A stretch of DNA of 63,634 bases, filler included, from Thermodesulfobacteriota bacterium (GTDB lineage: Bacteria > DASVDK01), in NCBI GenBank assembly GCA_036381125.1. It is 7 parts of 7 records of this genome, joined end to end, with 100 filler letters (N's around TTAATTAATTAA, not from the genome) between each part and the next. Parts side by side here need not be neighbours in the genome. Positions count along the whole stretch, not along the records: positions 18,213 to 26,817 come from DASVDK010000112.1; positions 26,918 to 34,172 come from DASVDK010000113.1; 5 more parts are not named here. One strand, given 5' to 3'. A program made the translations under genes and the position numbers. The notes beneath the pieces were generated by a model. It was given only the letters and a program-made list of their open reading frames with translations, did no database searches and was not told where the DNA came from. The stretch's first letter is position 1; every line of letters begins with the position of its first letter. This document shows, piece after piece, positions 23,388 through 34,272 of this stretch.

Positions 23388-23433
23388 CCGTCCACACGGT
23401 TGTCCACAGGGTGTCCACAGGCGTCGTGGACAT
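23388..23433. promoter_or_regulatory. Cluster of DnaA-box-like motifs
   Basis: CCGTCCACA (23388), TTGTCCACA (23400), GTGTCCACA (23411), reverse ATGTCCACG (23425-23433). Confidence 0.55.
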
Positions 23434-23435
23434 CC

Positions 23436-24329
23436 TCACCGCTCGTCGGCGGCGACGGCGCGCTTGGCCGCCTCCCAGCGACGGTCGAGGTCGTCGGCGT
23501 CGGACTCGCCGATCGTTCGACCCTCGGCCGCGAGCCCGGCCTCCATCCGACGGAAGCGGTCGGTGAAGCGCGCGGTCGCCGCACGCAGGGCCTCTTCGGC
23601 CGGCACGCCGACGAAGCGGCCGACGTTCACGAGGGCGAAGAGGAGGTCGCCAAGCTCCTCGGCGATCCGCTCGCGCCGGCCCTCGGCCATCGCCTCGGCG
23701 AGCTCGGCCCGCTCCTCGTCCACCTTCGCGAGGACGCCGGCCACGTCGGGCCAGTCGAAGCCGACCCGCGCCGCCTTGTCGGAGACGCGCTGCGCGAGGA
23801 GGAGCGCCGGCAGGTGGCGGGGCACGCCGTCGAGGGCCGAGGCGCGCCCGCCCGCCGCCTTCGCCTGGCGCTCGGCGAGCTTGATCTGCTCCCAGTTGGC
23901 GAGGGCGTCGGTCGGCGAGTCGACGTGGCGGTCGCCGAAGACGTGCGGGTGGCGGCGCACGAGCTTGTCCACGATCCCGCCGATCACCTCGCCGATCGTG
24001 AACCAGCCGCGCTGCGTCGCGATCTCGGCCTGGAAGACGACCTGCAGGAGGAGGTCGCCCAGCTCCTCGCGCAGGTGGGCAAGCGCCTCGGCGCGCGCGG
24101 GCGCGCCGCCGGCCGCCGCCGGGCCGAGGTCGTCGAGCGCCTCGAGCACCTCGTACGCCTCCTCCACGATGTACGGCTTGAGCGAGGCCGGGGTCTGCTC
24201 GCGGTCCCAGGGGCAGCCGCCCTCGCCGCGCAGGCGAGCCATCACCGTCACCAGGTCGCCGAACCGGTCCGCGCCTCGCCCTTCGGCCGGGCCGCGGTCG
24301 AGACCTCTCGCGTCGTCGTGCGTCGTCAT
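23436..24329 (-). CDS. mazG: Nucleoside triphosphate pyrophosphohydrolase MazG
   Basis: GCPWDREQT, EEAYEV, EELGDLLLQ, RRHPHVF, GFDWPD. Confidence 0.95.
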   Translation of the reverse strand: MTTHDDARGLDRGPAEGRGADRFGDLVTVMARLRGEGGCPWDREQTPASLKPYIVEEAYEVLEALDDLGPAAAGGAPARAEALAHLREELGDLLLQVVFQAEIATQRGWFTIGEVIGGIVDKLVRRHPHVFGDRHVDSPTDALANWEQIKLAERQAKAAGGRASALDGVPRHLPALLLAQRVSDKAARVGFDWPDVAGVLAKVDEERAELAEAMAEGRRERIAEELGDLLFALVNVGRFVGVPAEEALRAATARFTDRFRRMEAGLAAEGRTIGESDADDLDRRWEAAKRAVAADER

Positions 24330-24400
24330 GGCCGGCGAGGGTACCACGCGTCGCCTTGCCTTGCGCGGCCGGCACGCGGGGTGCTAGCGTCGTCCAGACC

Positions 24401-26161
24401 ATGGCGAAACTCGGCGCGCTGGCCTTCGTCCTCCACTCGCACCTCCCGTACGTCATCGCCCACGGCCGCTGGCCGCACGGGACCGACTGGCTCAACGAGG
24501 CTGCGGCGGAGACCTACCTCCCCCTCGTCCGGATGCTCGACCGGCTGCTCGACGGGGGACGCAGGCCGCGGCTCACGATCGACCTCTCGCCGGTCCTCGT
24601 CGAGATGCTCGCCGACGACAGCTTCAAGGCGGAGTTCGTCGACTACCTGTCGCAGAAGATCGAGGCTGCGAGGAGCGACCAGGCGGAGTTCGGGCGCCTC
24701 GGGGACGCGCGGATGCAGCGCCTGGCCGCCGACTGGGAGGCGTGGTACGTCGCGGCGCGCTCGGCGTTCACCGACACCTACGGTCGGGACCTCCCGGGCG
24801 CGTTTCGCCGCCTCGAGGAGCGCGGCGCCGTCGAGATCATCACCTGCGGCGCGACGCACGGGTACTTCCCGCTCCTGTCCCGCGACACGAGCATCCAGGC
24901 CCAGGTGAAGCAGGCGGTGGCGGCCCACCGGCGCCACTTCGGCCGGTCGCCGAAGGGGATCTGGCTGCCGGAGTGCGCCTACCGGCCGAGCTACCGGTGG
25001 CAGAGCCCGCTGCCCGGCGATCCCGACGAGCCGCGCGAGCGCAAGGGGGTCGAGGAGTTCCTCTCGGAGAACGGGATCGAGTACTTCATCGTCGACGCGC
25101 ACCTCCTCAAGGGGGGGCGCGCGATCGGCGTCTACGTGGACAGGTTCGAGCTGCTCGAGCGTCTCTGGAGCCGCTACGTCGCCGAGCGGGGCGAGCCGGC
25201 GAAGCCGGAGACCCCGCGGAGCCCCTACGAGCTCTATTACGTCGCCTCCCGCCGCGTCGGCGCGCCGGTGGCCATCTTCACCCGCGACCCGCAGACCGCG
25301 CTCCAGGTCTGGAGCGGCCAGCACGGCTACCCGGGGGACGGCCGGTACCTCGACTTCCACAAGAAGCGCTTCCCGGGCGGTCTGCGCTACTGGCGGGTGA
25401 CCGATTCCCAGGCCGACCTCGCCGACAAGCAGCCGTACGAGCCCGAGGCGGCGAGGAGCCGCATCGGCCCGCAGGCGGACCACTTCCGCGACCTCGTGAA
25501 GTCCACGCTGGCCGGTCATCACAGGACCGCCGGGCGGCCGGGCATCCTCACGGCGCCGTTCGACGCCGAGCTCTTCGGCCACTGGTGGTTCGAGGGGCCC
25601 GCATGGCTCGAGGCGGTGCTCTGCCGCGTCGAGGACGACGCCGACCTGGAGCTGACGACCTGCGGCGCGTACCTCGAGGCGCATCGGCCGACCGACGTGA
25701 TCGCCCTGCCCGAGGGCTCCTGGGGCGAGGGGGGAGGCCACTTCATCTGGCTCAACCAGGACACCGCGTGGACCTGGAAGCACGTCTACGCGGCCGAGCG
25801 GGAGCTGCCGGCTCTGCTCCAGGAGGCGACGCCGGCGCGCCTGGCCGCCAGCCCCGCCCTCGAGCGGGTGCTCGAGCAGGCGGCCCGCGAGCTGCTCCTC
25901 CTGCAGGCCTCGGACTGGCAGTTCCTGATCTCGACGGTCGCGGCCAGGGACTACGCCGAGCTGCGGGTCGCCCGACACACCGAGGACTTCCAGCGTCTGG
26001 CCGCCATCGCGCGGCGGCTGCTCGCGGCCGACGGCGGGCAACCTGGCCTCACCCCCGAGGAGGAGGCCGCGCTCTCCGCCATCGAGGCGCGCGATCGGCT
26101 CTTCCCAGACCTGAACCTGGCGTGGTGGCGGCGGGTCGAGTACCCTGCCGGGCAGCCGTAA
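24401..26161 (+). CDS. GH57 1,4-alpha-glucan branching enzyme
   Basis: LHSHLPYV, ETYLPL, ATHGYFPL, GIWLPECAY, FDAELFGHWWFEG, QASDWQF. Confidence 0.93.
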   Translation: MAKLGALAFVLHSHLPYVIAHGRWPHGTDWLNEAAAETYLPLVRMLDRLLDGGRRPRLTIDLSPVLVEMLADDSFKAEFVDYLSQKIEAARSDQAEFGRLGDARMQRLAADWEAWYVAARSAFTDTYGRDLPGAFRRLEERGAVEIITCGATHGYFPLLSRDTSIQAQVKQAVAAHRRHFGRSPKGIWLPECAYRPSYRWQSPLPGDPDEPRERKGVEEFLSENGIEYFIVDAHLLKGGRAIGVYVDRFELLERLWSRYVAERGEPAKPETPRSPYELYYVASRRVGAPVAIFTRDPQTALQVWSGQHGYPGDGRYLDFHKKRFPGGLRYWRVTDSQADLADKQPYEPEAARSRIGPQADHFRDLVKSTLAGHHRTAGRPGILTAPFDAELFGHWWFEGPAWLEAVLCRVEDDADLELTTCGAYLEAHRPTDVIALPEGSWGEGGGHFIWLNQDTAWTWKHVYAAERELPALLQEATPARLAASPALERVLEQAARELLLLQASDWQFLISTVAARDYAELRVARHTEDFQRLAAIARRLLAADGGQPGLTPEEEAALSAIEARDRLFPDLNLAWWRRVEYPAGQP

Positions 26162-26237
26162 GCTCCGGGCGCCGGCGCCCGATGGCGCGCCCGGGGGCTC
26201 GCCCCGGTTCAGGCGCAGGGCGCTATAATTGCTAACC

Positions 26238-26817
26238 GTGGATCAACGCCACACGCCCGTTCGGGCGACCGTCACCTTCGACGACATCGACCTCGTCCGT
26301 CAGCTCTACGGGGACCGGGATGAGCACCTCAAGCGGGTCGCCCGCGACCTCGGCGTCGAGGTGCACGCGCGGGGCAACGCGGTCACCGTCTCGGGCCCCT
26401 CGGGGCCGACGGCCCGGGCCGAGCGGCTGCTGACGGAACTCTACGGCCTCCTCGAGCGCGGCTACCCCCTCGGCGCCAACGACGTCGAGTACGCCCTCCG
26501 GATCGTGAACGACCCCGACGCGCCGGCCCTGGCGGACGTCTTCATGGACACCGTGGTGCTCTCCGCGCGCCGGCGGCCGATCACCCCCAAGAGCGCCGCG
26601 CAGAAGGCCTACGTCGACGCCATCCGGAAGCACGACCTGGTCTTCGGCGTCGGCCCGGCCGGCACCGGCAAGACCTACCTCGCCATGGCCATGGCGGTCG
26701 GCGCCCTCACCCGCAAGGAGGTCAGCCGCATCATCCTCACCCGGCCGGCGGTCGAGGCGGGGGAGAAGCTGGGGTTCCTCCCGGGGACGCTCGAGGAGAA
26801 GGTGAACCCCTACCTGC
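26238..26817 (+). CDS. phoH: PhoH family protein (3' truncated by gap)
   Basis: [32 protein letters not shown] at 26224-26229. Confidence 0.93.
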
Positions 26818-26917
26818 NNNNNNNNNNNNNNNNNNNNNNNNNNNNNNNNNNNNNNNNNNNNTTAATTAATTAANNNNNNNNNNNNNNNNNNNNNNNNNNN
26901 NNNNNNNNNNNNNNNNN
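26818..26917. other. Artificial contig linker
   Basis: N44-TTAATTAATTAA-N44. Confidence 0.98.
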
Positions 26918-28054
26918 TGGCCGCGCCTCTTCCCCCGCATCCGCGCCGCCTGGACCTCCCCCGACGACTACGTGGTCTCCGCCCGCCTCGGCGCCCTCGA
27001 GGCGCTCGAGGCCGGCATCACGACAGTGGCCGACTCCGGGCCGACCGGCGCGGGGCTCGAGGCGATGCGCGAGATCGGCCTCGGCGGCCGGGTCCACGCG
27101 GAGGTGATCGGACCGGACCCGGAAGCCTGGGAGACGCTGGCCGACGCCGTGGAGCGGCAGGTCGCCCGGCTCGAGGCGGCTGCCGGACCGCCGGGCGGTC
27201 GCCTCGGCATCGGCCTGGCGCCGCACGCCCTCCATACCGTCTCGACCCCGCTGCTCCGGTGGTGTCGCCGCTTCGCCGACGCGAGGGGTCTGCCGCTCTC
27301 GGTTCACCTCGCCGAGTCGGCGGCCGAGGTGCGCTTCCTCGAGACGGGCGACGGGCCGTGGGCCGATCTCTACGCGCGCGCGGGTGTGAGGGCCGTCTCG
27401 CCTCGCCGCTCCCCGGCGGCCGCCGCTGCGGAGGTGGGACTCCTGGCACGCGGTACAATCCTTGCGCACTGCGTCCGCCTGGACGCCGCGGACATCGCGC
27501 GCGTGAGCGCGTCCGGCGCGGCCGTTGCCTGCTGCCCGCAGTCGAACGCGGCGCTCGGCGTGGGCGACGTGCCGGCGGCCGAGCTCATCGCCGCGGGCGT
27601 CACGGTGGGACTCGGGACCGACAGCGGCGCCTCGGTCGGCGCGAAGGACCTCTTCGCCGAGGCGCGCGCGCTGCGGGGCCTCCTCAGGCGGACGGCCCGC
27701 GGCCCGGCCCCGGCGGCGGCCGGCGCGCGGCCGCTCCTCGAGGCCATGACGCGCTCGGCCGCTCGGGCGCTCGGCCTCGAGTCGGAGATCGGCTCGATCG
27801 AGGTCGGCAAGCGGGCCGACCTCGTGGCCGTCGCGCTCGACCGGCCGCACCTGCGCGGCGCCGCCGACGTCGAGGCGGCGCTCGTCGGCTCGGCGGGCCG
27901 CGGCGACGTGACCTGGGTGATGACGGCGGGCGAGGTGAGGGTCGAGCGAGGCGTCGCCCGCACCCCTGGCCGCCGGGCGCTGCTCGAGGCGGCCGACCGG
28001 CTCGCGGAGCGGACGAGGGCGGCGCTGCTGGACACGGGAAGGAGGCGCTCGTGA
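26918..28054 (+). CDS. Amidohydrolase family deaminase (MtaD/DadD-like; 5' truncated)
   Basis: [43 protein letters not shown]. Confidence 0.88.
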   Translation, partial: WPRLFPRIRAAWTSPDDYVVSARLGALEALEAGITTVADSGPTGAGLEAMREIGLGGRVHAEVIGPDPEAWETLADAVERQVARLEAAAGPPGGRLGIGLAPHALHTVSTPLLRWCRRFADARGLPLSVHLAESAAEVRFLETGDGPWADLYARAGVRAVSPRRSPAAAAAEVGLLARGTILAHCVRLDAADIARVSASGAAVACCPQSNAALGVGDVPAAELIAAGVTVGLGTDSGASVGAKDLFAEARALRGLLRRTARGPAPAAAGARPLLEAMTRSAARALGLESEIGSIEVGKRADLVAVALDRPHLRGAADVEAALVGSAGRGDVTWVMTAGEVRVERGVARTPGRRALLEAADRLAERTRAALLDTGRRRS

Positions 28055-29100
28055 ACGACGCGGTCATCGATCTGCGCAGCGACACCGTCACCAGGCCGAC
28101 GCCCGCCATGCGGCGCGCCATGGCCGAGGCGGAGGTCGGCGACGACGTCTTCGGCGACGACCCGACGGTCAACCGCCTTCAGGCGCGGGTGGCGGAGCTG
28201 CTCGGCAAGGCGGCGGCGCTCTTCGTCCCGTCCGGCACGATGGCCAACCAGCTCGCCGTGCGCGCCTGGACCGAGCCGGGCGACGAGGCGATCATGGAGC
28301 GCAACTCCCACACCTTCAACTACGAGGGCGGGGGGGCGGCGGCGCTCTCGGGCGTGCAGGTGCTGCCGATCGAGGGCAAGCGCGGCGTCATCACGGCCGA
28401 GCAGGTCGAGGAGGCGATCCGCCCCGAGGACCATCACTTCCCCCGCACGCGCCTGGTCTGCCTCGAGAACACCCACAACCGCGCCGGCGGCGCCGTCTAC
28501 CCGCTGTCGGAGATCGAGCGGGTGGCCGCGGTCACCAGCCGCCACGGCCTCAAGCTCCACATGGACGGCGCCCGGCTGTGGAACGCGGTCGTCGCCACCG
28601 GCATCACGCCGGCGCAGTACGCGGCCCCCTTCGATTCGGTTTCGGTCTGCCTCTCCAAGGGGCTCGGCTGCCCGCTCGGCTCCCTCGTCGCCGGCCCGGT
28701 GGAGTTCGTCGATCGGGTCCACCGCTACCGCAAGCAGTGGGGAGGGGGGATGCGGCAGGTCGGCATCGTCGCCGCCGCCGGCCTCTACGCCCTCGAGCAC
28801 CACCTCGACCGGCTCAAGGACGACCACGCCAACGCGAAGCTCCTCGCCCGCGGGCTCAAGGACGTCCCGGGCATCGGCATCCGCCTCGAGGACGTGGAGA
28901 CCAACATGGTCTTCTTCGAGGTGCCGCGAGCCAAGGCGTCGGCCCAGGCGGTGGTCGCCGCCCTGCGGGAGCAGGGCGTCCTGATGGTCGCCACCTCACC
29001 CTCCCGCATCCGCTGCGTCACCCACCTCGGCGTGACGCAGGCCGACATCGAGCGAGCGGTCGGCATCGTCCAGCGGACGCTCAAGGGGCTCCTGAGCTAG
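28051..29100 (+). CDS. ltaE: Low-specificity L-threonine aldolase
   Basis: [44 protein letters not shown]. Confidence 0.93.
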   Translation: MNDAVIDLRSDTVTRPTPAMRRAMAEAEVGDDVFGDDPTVNRLQARVAELLGKAAALFVPSGTMANQLAVRAWTEPGDEAIMERNSHTFNYEGGGAAALSGVQVLPIEGKRGVITAEQVEEAIRPEDHHFPRTRLVCLENTHNRAGGAVYPLSEIERVAAVTSRHGLKLHMDGARLWNAVVATGITPAQYAAPFDSVSVCLSKGLGCPLGSLVAGPVEFVDRVHRYRKQWGGGMRQVGIVAAAGLYALEHHLDRLKDDHANAKLLARGLKDVPGIGIRLEDVETNMVFFEVPRAKASAQAVVAALREQGVLMVATSPSRIRCVTHLGVTQADIERAVGIVQRTLKGLLS

Positions 29101-29108
29101 GAGGCGGC

Positions 29109-30608
29109 TTGGCGCTCGACCTCGACCGTCTGCGGCGCGACGCCGAGGCGTTCCTGCGGGACGCCGCCGAGGAGGAGTACGAGAACCTCGCCGGCAAGAG
29201 GACCGAGAGCCGCCTCGCCGAGGTCTACGCGCGGCACGCGCGCCTCGCCGAGCACGACGTCGTGGCCGAGGTGGCGAGCCGACGCGACACGGCGGGCGGT
29301 CCCCTGGCCGAGTTCCTGGTCGGCCTCTACGCCGGACGCGCCGCCGCGGCGGTCGCCGACCGGCTCCTCGCGGCCGAGGCCGCGGCGACGCTCGATCTGC
29401 CCGGCGAGCCGCTCACCTACCGCAACGCGGCCGTGGCGATCCGCAACGAGGCCGACCGGTCGAGGCGCGAGGCGATCGCCCGCACGAAGGCGGCCGTCGA
29501 CGCCCGCCTGGTGCCGATCCGGGCCGAGCTGTGGGCGCGCACCTACGAGGCGCTGGCCGAGGTGGGGCACGCCGACTACGTCGCCATGTGCGCCGGCTTC
29601 TCGGGCATCGACTACCCGTCGCTCGCGAGCCGCCTCGCGGCGTTCACGCGGGAGACGGACGACGTCTACCGGGACCACCTCGCCTACTACCTCAAGAAGT
29701 CGGTCGGGCCGACGCCGGGCGGTCCCGCCTCGCACGACCTCGCGCGGCTCCTGCGTGCGCCGCAGCTCGACGCCCTCTTCCCGAAGGGGGACCTCCTCCC
29801 GGTCGCCGAGAAGACCGCGGCCGGCCTCGGGCTCACGCTCGGCGCCGGGGGGCGCATCACCGTGGACGACGAGGCTCGCCCGGGCAAGACGCCCCGCGCG
29901 TTCTGCATGCCGATCGAGGTGCCGAACCGTATCGTCCTGGTCGTCATGCCGCAGGGCGGCCAGGACGACTGGCGCGCCTTCCTCCACGAGCTGGGCCACG
30001 CGCTCCACTTCGCCCACGCGGCCCCCGACCTCCCCGTCGAGGCACGCTACCTGGGCGACAACTCGGTCACCGAGGGCTTCGCCTTCCTCGTCGAGCACCT
30101 GATGCACGCGAAGCCGTGGCTGCGGCGCCACCTCGGCCTCGGCAGGGACCAGCTCGACGACTACCTCCGCTTCGCCCACTTCGAGCGGCTCTACATCGTG
30201 CGCCGCTACGGCGCCAAGCTCGCCTACGAGCTGGACCTGCACGCCGACGGCGGAGCGGCCTCGGCGCCCGGGGGCGAGCGGGCGCGCAGGCTCGCCGACC
30301 GGTACCGCGAGGCGCTCCACCGGGCGGTGGGGGTCGACTACCCGGTGGAGAGCTACCTCGCCGACGTCGACCCCGGCTTCTACTCGGCGCGCTACCTGCG
30401 GGCGTGGATGTTCGAGGCGCAGCTACGCGACACGCTCGAGGAGCGGTTCGACGAGGACTGGTTCCGCAACCCGCGGGCGGGGACCTTCCTGACGGGGCTC
30501 TGGGCCGAGGGCCAGCCGGCCCGGCTCGAGGCGCTGGCCGAGCGGGTGGGTACGGGGGCGCTCGACCTCGCCCCGCTCGCCCGCCGGATCGGGCGGGCCC
30601 TCGCGTGA
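29109..30608 (+). CDS. Gluzincin (M3-like) zinc metallopeptidase
   Basis: TTG start with GGAGG SD; KTPRAFC, LHELGHALH (HExxH), downstream Glu in NSVTEG. Confidence 0.75.
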   Translation: MALDLDRLRRDAEAFLRDAAEEEYENLAGKRTESRLAEVYARHARLAEHDVVAEVASRRDTAGGPLAEFLVGLYAGRAAAAVADRLLAAEAAATLDLPGEPLTYRNAAVAIRNEADRSRREAIARTKAAVDARLVPIRAELWARTYEALAEVGHADYVAMCAGFSGIDYPSLASRLAAFTRETDDVYRDHLAYYLKKSVGPTPGGPASHDLARLLRAPQLDALFPKGDLLPVAEKTAAGLGLTLGAGGRITVDDEARPGKTPRAFCMPIEVPNRIVLVVMPQGGQDDWRAFLHELGHALHFAHAAPDLPVEARYLGDNSVTEGFAFLVEHLMHAKPWLRRHLGLGRDQLDDYLRFAHFERLYIVRRYGAKLAYELDLHADGGAASAPGGERARRLADRYREALHRAVGVDYPVESYLADVDPGFYSARYLRAWMFEAQLRDTLEERFDEDWFRNPRAGTFLTGLWAEGQPARLEALAERVGTGALDLAPLARRIGRALA

Positions 30609-30616
30609 GGGCCGCC

Positions 30617-31378
30617 TCAGGGGAGGACCGCCGCCTCCCCCTCGCGAAGGAGGTGCAGGCGGTCGGCGTGGGGGCCTCCGGCGAGGCGGTCGCGCAGGAC
30701 CTCGATCGGCTCGGCGTAGTGCGAGAAGGTGTGGTGGTGGATCGGCACGACGGCCAGAGGGTCGACGAGCGCGATCAGGCGGGCCGCCTCGACGGCGTCG
30801 AACGTGCGGCGACCGCCCGGCTGGCCGGCGCCGGCCGCGCCGACGTGCGGGACGAGGAGGTCGATCCGTGGCGCCCGGTCGCGGATCAGGGCCAGACCGT
30901 CGAACCACACCGTGTCGCCCGTCCAGTACACCACGCGGCGCTCGTCGCCCCCCACGTGCTCGATCAGGTAGCCGTTCACGGTCCCGAGCTCGAGGCTCGC
31001 CCCGGGGTCCGCCGAGTGCCAGGCCGGCAGGGCGAGGATCCGGAGCGAGACGCCGCCTCGCGCGAGCCCCGCCCGCTCCCACCAGCCGAGGGGCACGACG
31101 CCGGTGAAGCCGCGCGCCCTGAGGAACGCGGCGTGCTCGGACGGCGCGACGACCGGCGTGTCCTTGCGGAGGCGGCCGACGGCCGCCGCGTCGAGGTGGC
31201 TCGGGTGGACGTGGGAGAGCAGCACCGCGTCGAGCGGCACGAGGTCGAAGGGGGGCAGGGCAGCCAGGCGGACCAGCGGGGCGAGCGCCTCGCCCTCGCC
31301 GAGGACCGGGTCGGTGAGGACGCGGAAGGGGCCGAGCTCGAGAAACGCGGTCGCCCCCCCGATCCAGTGGACGCGCAT
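30617..31378 (-). CDS. MBL-fold metallo-hydrolase (UlaG-like)
   Basis: LTDPV, LSHVHPSHLD, WTGDT, VPIHH. Confidence 0.82.
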   Translation of the reverse strand: MRVHWIGGATAFLELGPFRVLTDPVLGEGEALAPLVRLAALPPFDLVPLDAVLLSHVHPSHLDAAAVGRLRKDTPVVAPSEHAAFLRARGFTGVVPLGWWERAGLARGGVSLRILALPAWHSADPGASLELGTVNGYLIEHVGGDERRVVYWTGDTVWFDGLALIRDRAPRIDLLVPHVGAAGAGQPGGRRTFDAVEAARLIALVDPLAVVPIHHHTFSHYAEPIEVLRDRLAGGPHADRLHLLREGEAAVLP

Positions 31379-31440
31379 GGCTCGATCTTACCGTTTCATG
31401 GAACAATGGGCCGCGAGGCCAGGGGATCGGGAGGCACGGG

Positions 31441-32790
31441 GTGAGCGTCTTCGACGGCAGGCGGCTTCCGGTCGAGGTGTTCAAGCTCGACGTCGACCGG
31501 ATGCGCGCCGGCTGGTACTCGGACAAGTACTTCTACAACATCGTCAAGATCCTCACGGAGCTGGCGCGCGCCGGCTACCGTTTCGGCGGCCGCTCGCCCG
31601 ACCTGCCCGGCGTCGACCCCTCGCGCGTGGACGTCGGCAACATCGAGGTCGAGATGCAGTGGTTCCACCGGCGCGAGCCGTTCGCGGTCGTGGTGGGCGT
31701 CGACAAGGCGCTGGCGATGCTCCGGACCTGCACCGGCTACACCGACAGCCGGGGCCGGTGGGTGAACACGTTCGACCGGCTCGAGGTGCACGCCGTCCAC
31801 GACGGCACCGTGGCGCCCTACGAGGGCGACTCGCGTCACGTTTTCCCGGTCCTCAAGGTGCGGGGCCGCTACCGCGACTTCGCCATGCTCGAGACGCCGA
31901 CCATCGGCGCGCTCACCCGCGGCTCCCGCATCGCCACGAACGTCTTCGAGGTGCTGCGCGCCGCGCGCGGCAAGCCGGTGCTCTTCTTCCCGGCGCGCTT
32001 CGACGCGCACGAGGTGCAGGCGGCCGACGGCTACGCGTACCGCATCGCGGTGCAGCTCTTCAACCAGCGCTACGGCCGCGAGCTCCTGCCGCACGTCTCC
32101 ACCGACGCCCAGGGCGACTGGTGGGGCGGCGCCGGCGGCGGCACCGTGGCGCACGCGGCCATCGCCTGCTTCCTCGGCGACACCGCCGAGGCGCTCATGG
32201 CCTTCGCGGACGTGCTGCCGGCCGAGGTCCCGCGCATCGCGCTGGTCGACTTCCACAACGACTGCCTCGGCGACACGCGGGCGGTGATGCGGCGGATGTT
32301 CGAGCGGTGGCTCGCGCTCACGAAGGCGGGCGACCACGAGCAGGCGAGGAAGTACGTGCTCTACGGGGTGCGGCCCGACACGAGCAGCAACATGCGCGAC
32401 GTCTCCGTCCCGCCGATCGGCGATCGGCGGCTCGACTGCGGCGTGAACCCGAGGCTCGTCCACCTCCTGCGGGAGGCCATCGACACGGCCTGGCAGGCCT
32501 GGGACCTCGATCCCGCGGACGTCCCGCTGGCGCGGGAGTGGTGCCAGGCGGTCAAGATCGCCGTCTCGGGCGGCTTCACGCCGGCCCGCATCCGGCAGTT
32601 CGAGGACCTGGGGGTGCCGGCCGACATCTACGCGGTCGGCTCCTGGCTCTTCTCGAACTCGGCCGAGAACGGGACGAGCACCGACTTCACGGCGGACGTG
32701 GTCCGCGTGAAGATCGACGGCGAGTGGGTCGACCTCGCCAAGGCCGGCCGGCAGGCGGCCGACAACGACGCCCTCGAGCCGGTCCGCTAG
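31441..32790 (+). CDS. Nicotinate phosphoribosyltransferase-like protein
   Basis: YSDKYF, ETP..GAL, FPARFD, GTVAHA, ALVDFHND, GVRPDTS, IAVSGGF, DFTADVV. Confidence 0.8.
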   Translation: MSVFDGRRLPVEVFKLDVDRMRAGWYSDKYFYNIVKILTELARAGYRFGGRSPDLPGVDPSRVDVGNIEVEMQWFHRREPFAVVVGVDKALAMLRTCTGYTDSRGRWVNTFDRLEVHAVHDGTVAPYEGDSRHVFPVLKVRGRYRDFAMLETPTIGALTRGSRIATNVFEVLRAARGKPVLFFPARFDAHEVQAADGYAYRIAVQLFNQRYGRELLPHVSTDAQGDWWGGAGGGTVAHAAIACFLGDTAEALMAFADVLPAEVPRIALVDFHNDCLGDTRAVMRRMFERWLALTKAGDHEQARKYVLYGVRPDTSSNMRDVSVPPIGDRRLDCGVNPRLVHLLREAIDTAWQAWDLDPADVPLAREWCQAVKIAVSGGFTPARIRQFEDLGVPADIYAVGSWLFSNSAENGTSTDFTADVVRVKIDGEWVDLAKAGRQAADNDALEPVR

Positions 32791-32805
32791 CGCCGGAAGC
32801 CGTCG

Positions 32806-34086
32806 ATGCCGCGCGGCCTGGTCGCCGAGACGGGGCTCTTCGCGCTCGGCGTCGTCATCATCCTCGTCGTCCCCTTCGTCTTCCTCCGCGTGGTCCTCGG
32901 CCGGCGGCCCTTCGAGACGCTTCCGGCCGGCACGGTGCCGCGCTTCGTCGGGCTCGGCTTCGCGTCGGCGCTCCTGGCGATCGTCGTCAACACGGCGCTC
33001 GACCACGCCGGGCTCACCGGGCGGCTCCTCGGCGGGCTCGAGACCGGGTTGCCGTTCGGCGAGGCGCTCCTCGTCGCCTTCGTCCTGGCCGGCTTCGTGG
33101 AGGAGGGGGCGAAGCTCCTGCTGCTGCGTGCCGGGCTCGGCGCCTGTCCCGACCATGCCGCCCTGCTCGTGGCCGGGCTCCTCGTCGGCGTCGGCTTCGG
33201 GATGGTGGAGAACGCCACGAACGTGTACGCCGCGGCCCACATGGAGATGGGCACGGGCGTGCTCACCGTGGCGTTCATCCGCTCGTTCGTCCTGCTGCAT
33301 CCCATCGCCACGGCGCTCGCGGCCGACGGGCTCGGCCGCCGGCTCTTCGGCCCGCCCCGATGGGCCGGCGCGCTCTGGCGCGGCTTCGGCCTGGCGATCC
33401 TCGTGCACGGGCTCTGGGACCTCGTGGTGTTCTGGCAGCCGGCCGGGTTCTGGATCCTGCAGGCCCTTCCGTTCCCGTGGCTCATCTGGTGGGGCGGGCG
33501 GGTCGTCTCCGACCGCGTCCTGACGCTCTCGGGGCGGGCGCCGGCGCGGGTGCGAGCGAGGCGGCCGCCCTGGGTGTCGGCCACGCTCGTCGCCTTCGGC
33601 CTCCTGCACGTCGAGATGCTCGCGCGCCTCGCGCTTGCCGGCGGCGCGATCGGCGAGGTGCCGATCCTCTACGGCCTCGAGCTGCCGATCGCGGCCGGGC
33701 GCGCGATCCTCGCGTACAACCTCCTCCTGTCGGTCACCGGCCTGGTCGGGATCGTGGCGGCGGCCCGCCGCCGGCGCTGGGGGCTCCCCGTCTATGCCGC
33801 GGGGGCCGCCACGGGGCTCGTCGCCGAGGTCGCCGCGATCGTGGCCGCGGCGCTCCGGGGAACGCTCGCGTTCGACGCCGCCGAGCTGTCGGACGACCTG
33901 GTCGCCGTGGCCTCGGCGGCGCTGCTCCTCCTGGCGGCGCGCGCCGGCGTGCCGGGGCTCGCGCGTCCGGCTCTCGCGAGGCGGGCGAGGGGCGCGCGGA
34001 CGGGCGCCGGCGCGGCCGCGCGCCGGCCCGACCCGCGCCGCCATCCGAGCGCCCGAGAGGCCGGCGCGGCGTACGACGACCGCTGA
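32806..34086 (+). CDS. PrsW-family intramembrane metalloprotease with C-terminal membrane extension
   Basis: GFVEEGAK, GFGMVEN, LLHP, VHGLWD motifs. Confidence 0.75.
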   Translation: MPRGLVAETGLFALGVVIILVVPFVFLRVVLGRRPFETLPAGTVPRFVGLGFASALLAIVVNTALDHAGLTGRLLGGLETGLPFGEALLVAFVLAGFVEEGAKLLLLRAGLGACPDHAALLVAGLLVGVGFGMVENATNVYAAAHMEMGTGVLTVAFIRSFVLLHPIATALAADGLGRRLFGPPRWAGALWRGFGLAILVHGLWDLVVFWQPAGFWILQALPFPWLIWWGGRVVSDRVLTLSGRAPARVRARRPPWVSATLVAFGLLHVEMLARLALAGGAIGEVPILYGLELPIAAGRAILAYNLLLSVTGLVGIVAAARRRRWGLPVYAAGAATGLVAEVAAIVAAALRGTLAFDAAELSDDLVAVASAALLLLAARAGVPGLARPALARRARGARTGAGAAARRPDPRRHPSAREAGAAYDDR

Positions 34087-34172
34087 TCAGGGCGACGGCG
34101 AGGGGGCCGGGACGAGCCGCCGGATGCGCAGCGTGAGGCGCTGCCCCGGGAAGATGAGGTGCGGGTTGCGGA
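34087..34172 (-). CDS. C-terminal LysM-domain fragment (5' lost in gap)
   Basis: Minus strand reads RNPHLIFPGQRLTLRIRR...*, matching the LysM end motif NPxLIxPGQxL. Confidence 0.7.
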
Positions 34173-34272
34173 NNNNNNNNNNNNNNNNNNNNNNNNNNNN
34201 NNNNNNNNNNNNNNNNTTAATTAATTAANNNNNNNNNNNNNNNNNNNNNNNNNNNNNNNNNNNNNNNNNNNN
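34173..34272. other. Artificial contig linker
   Basis: N44-TTAATTAATTAA-N44. Confidence 0.98.
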
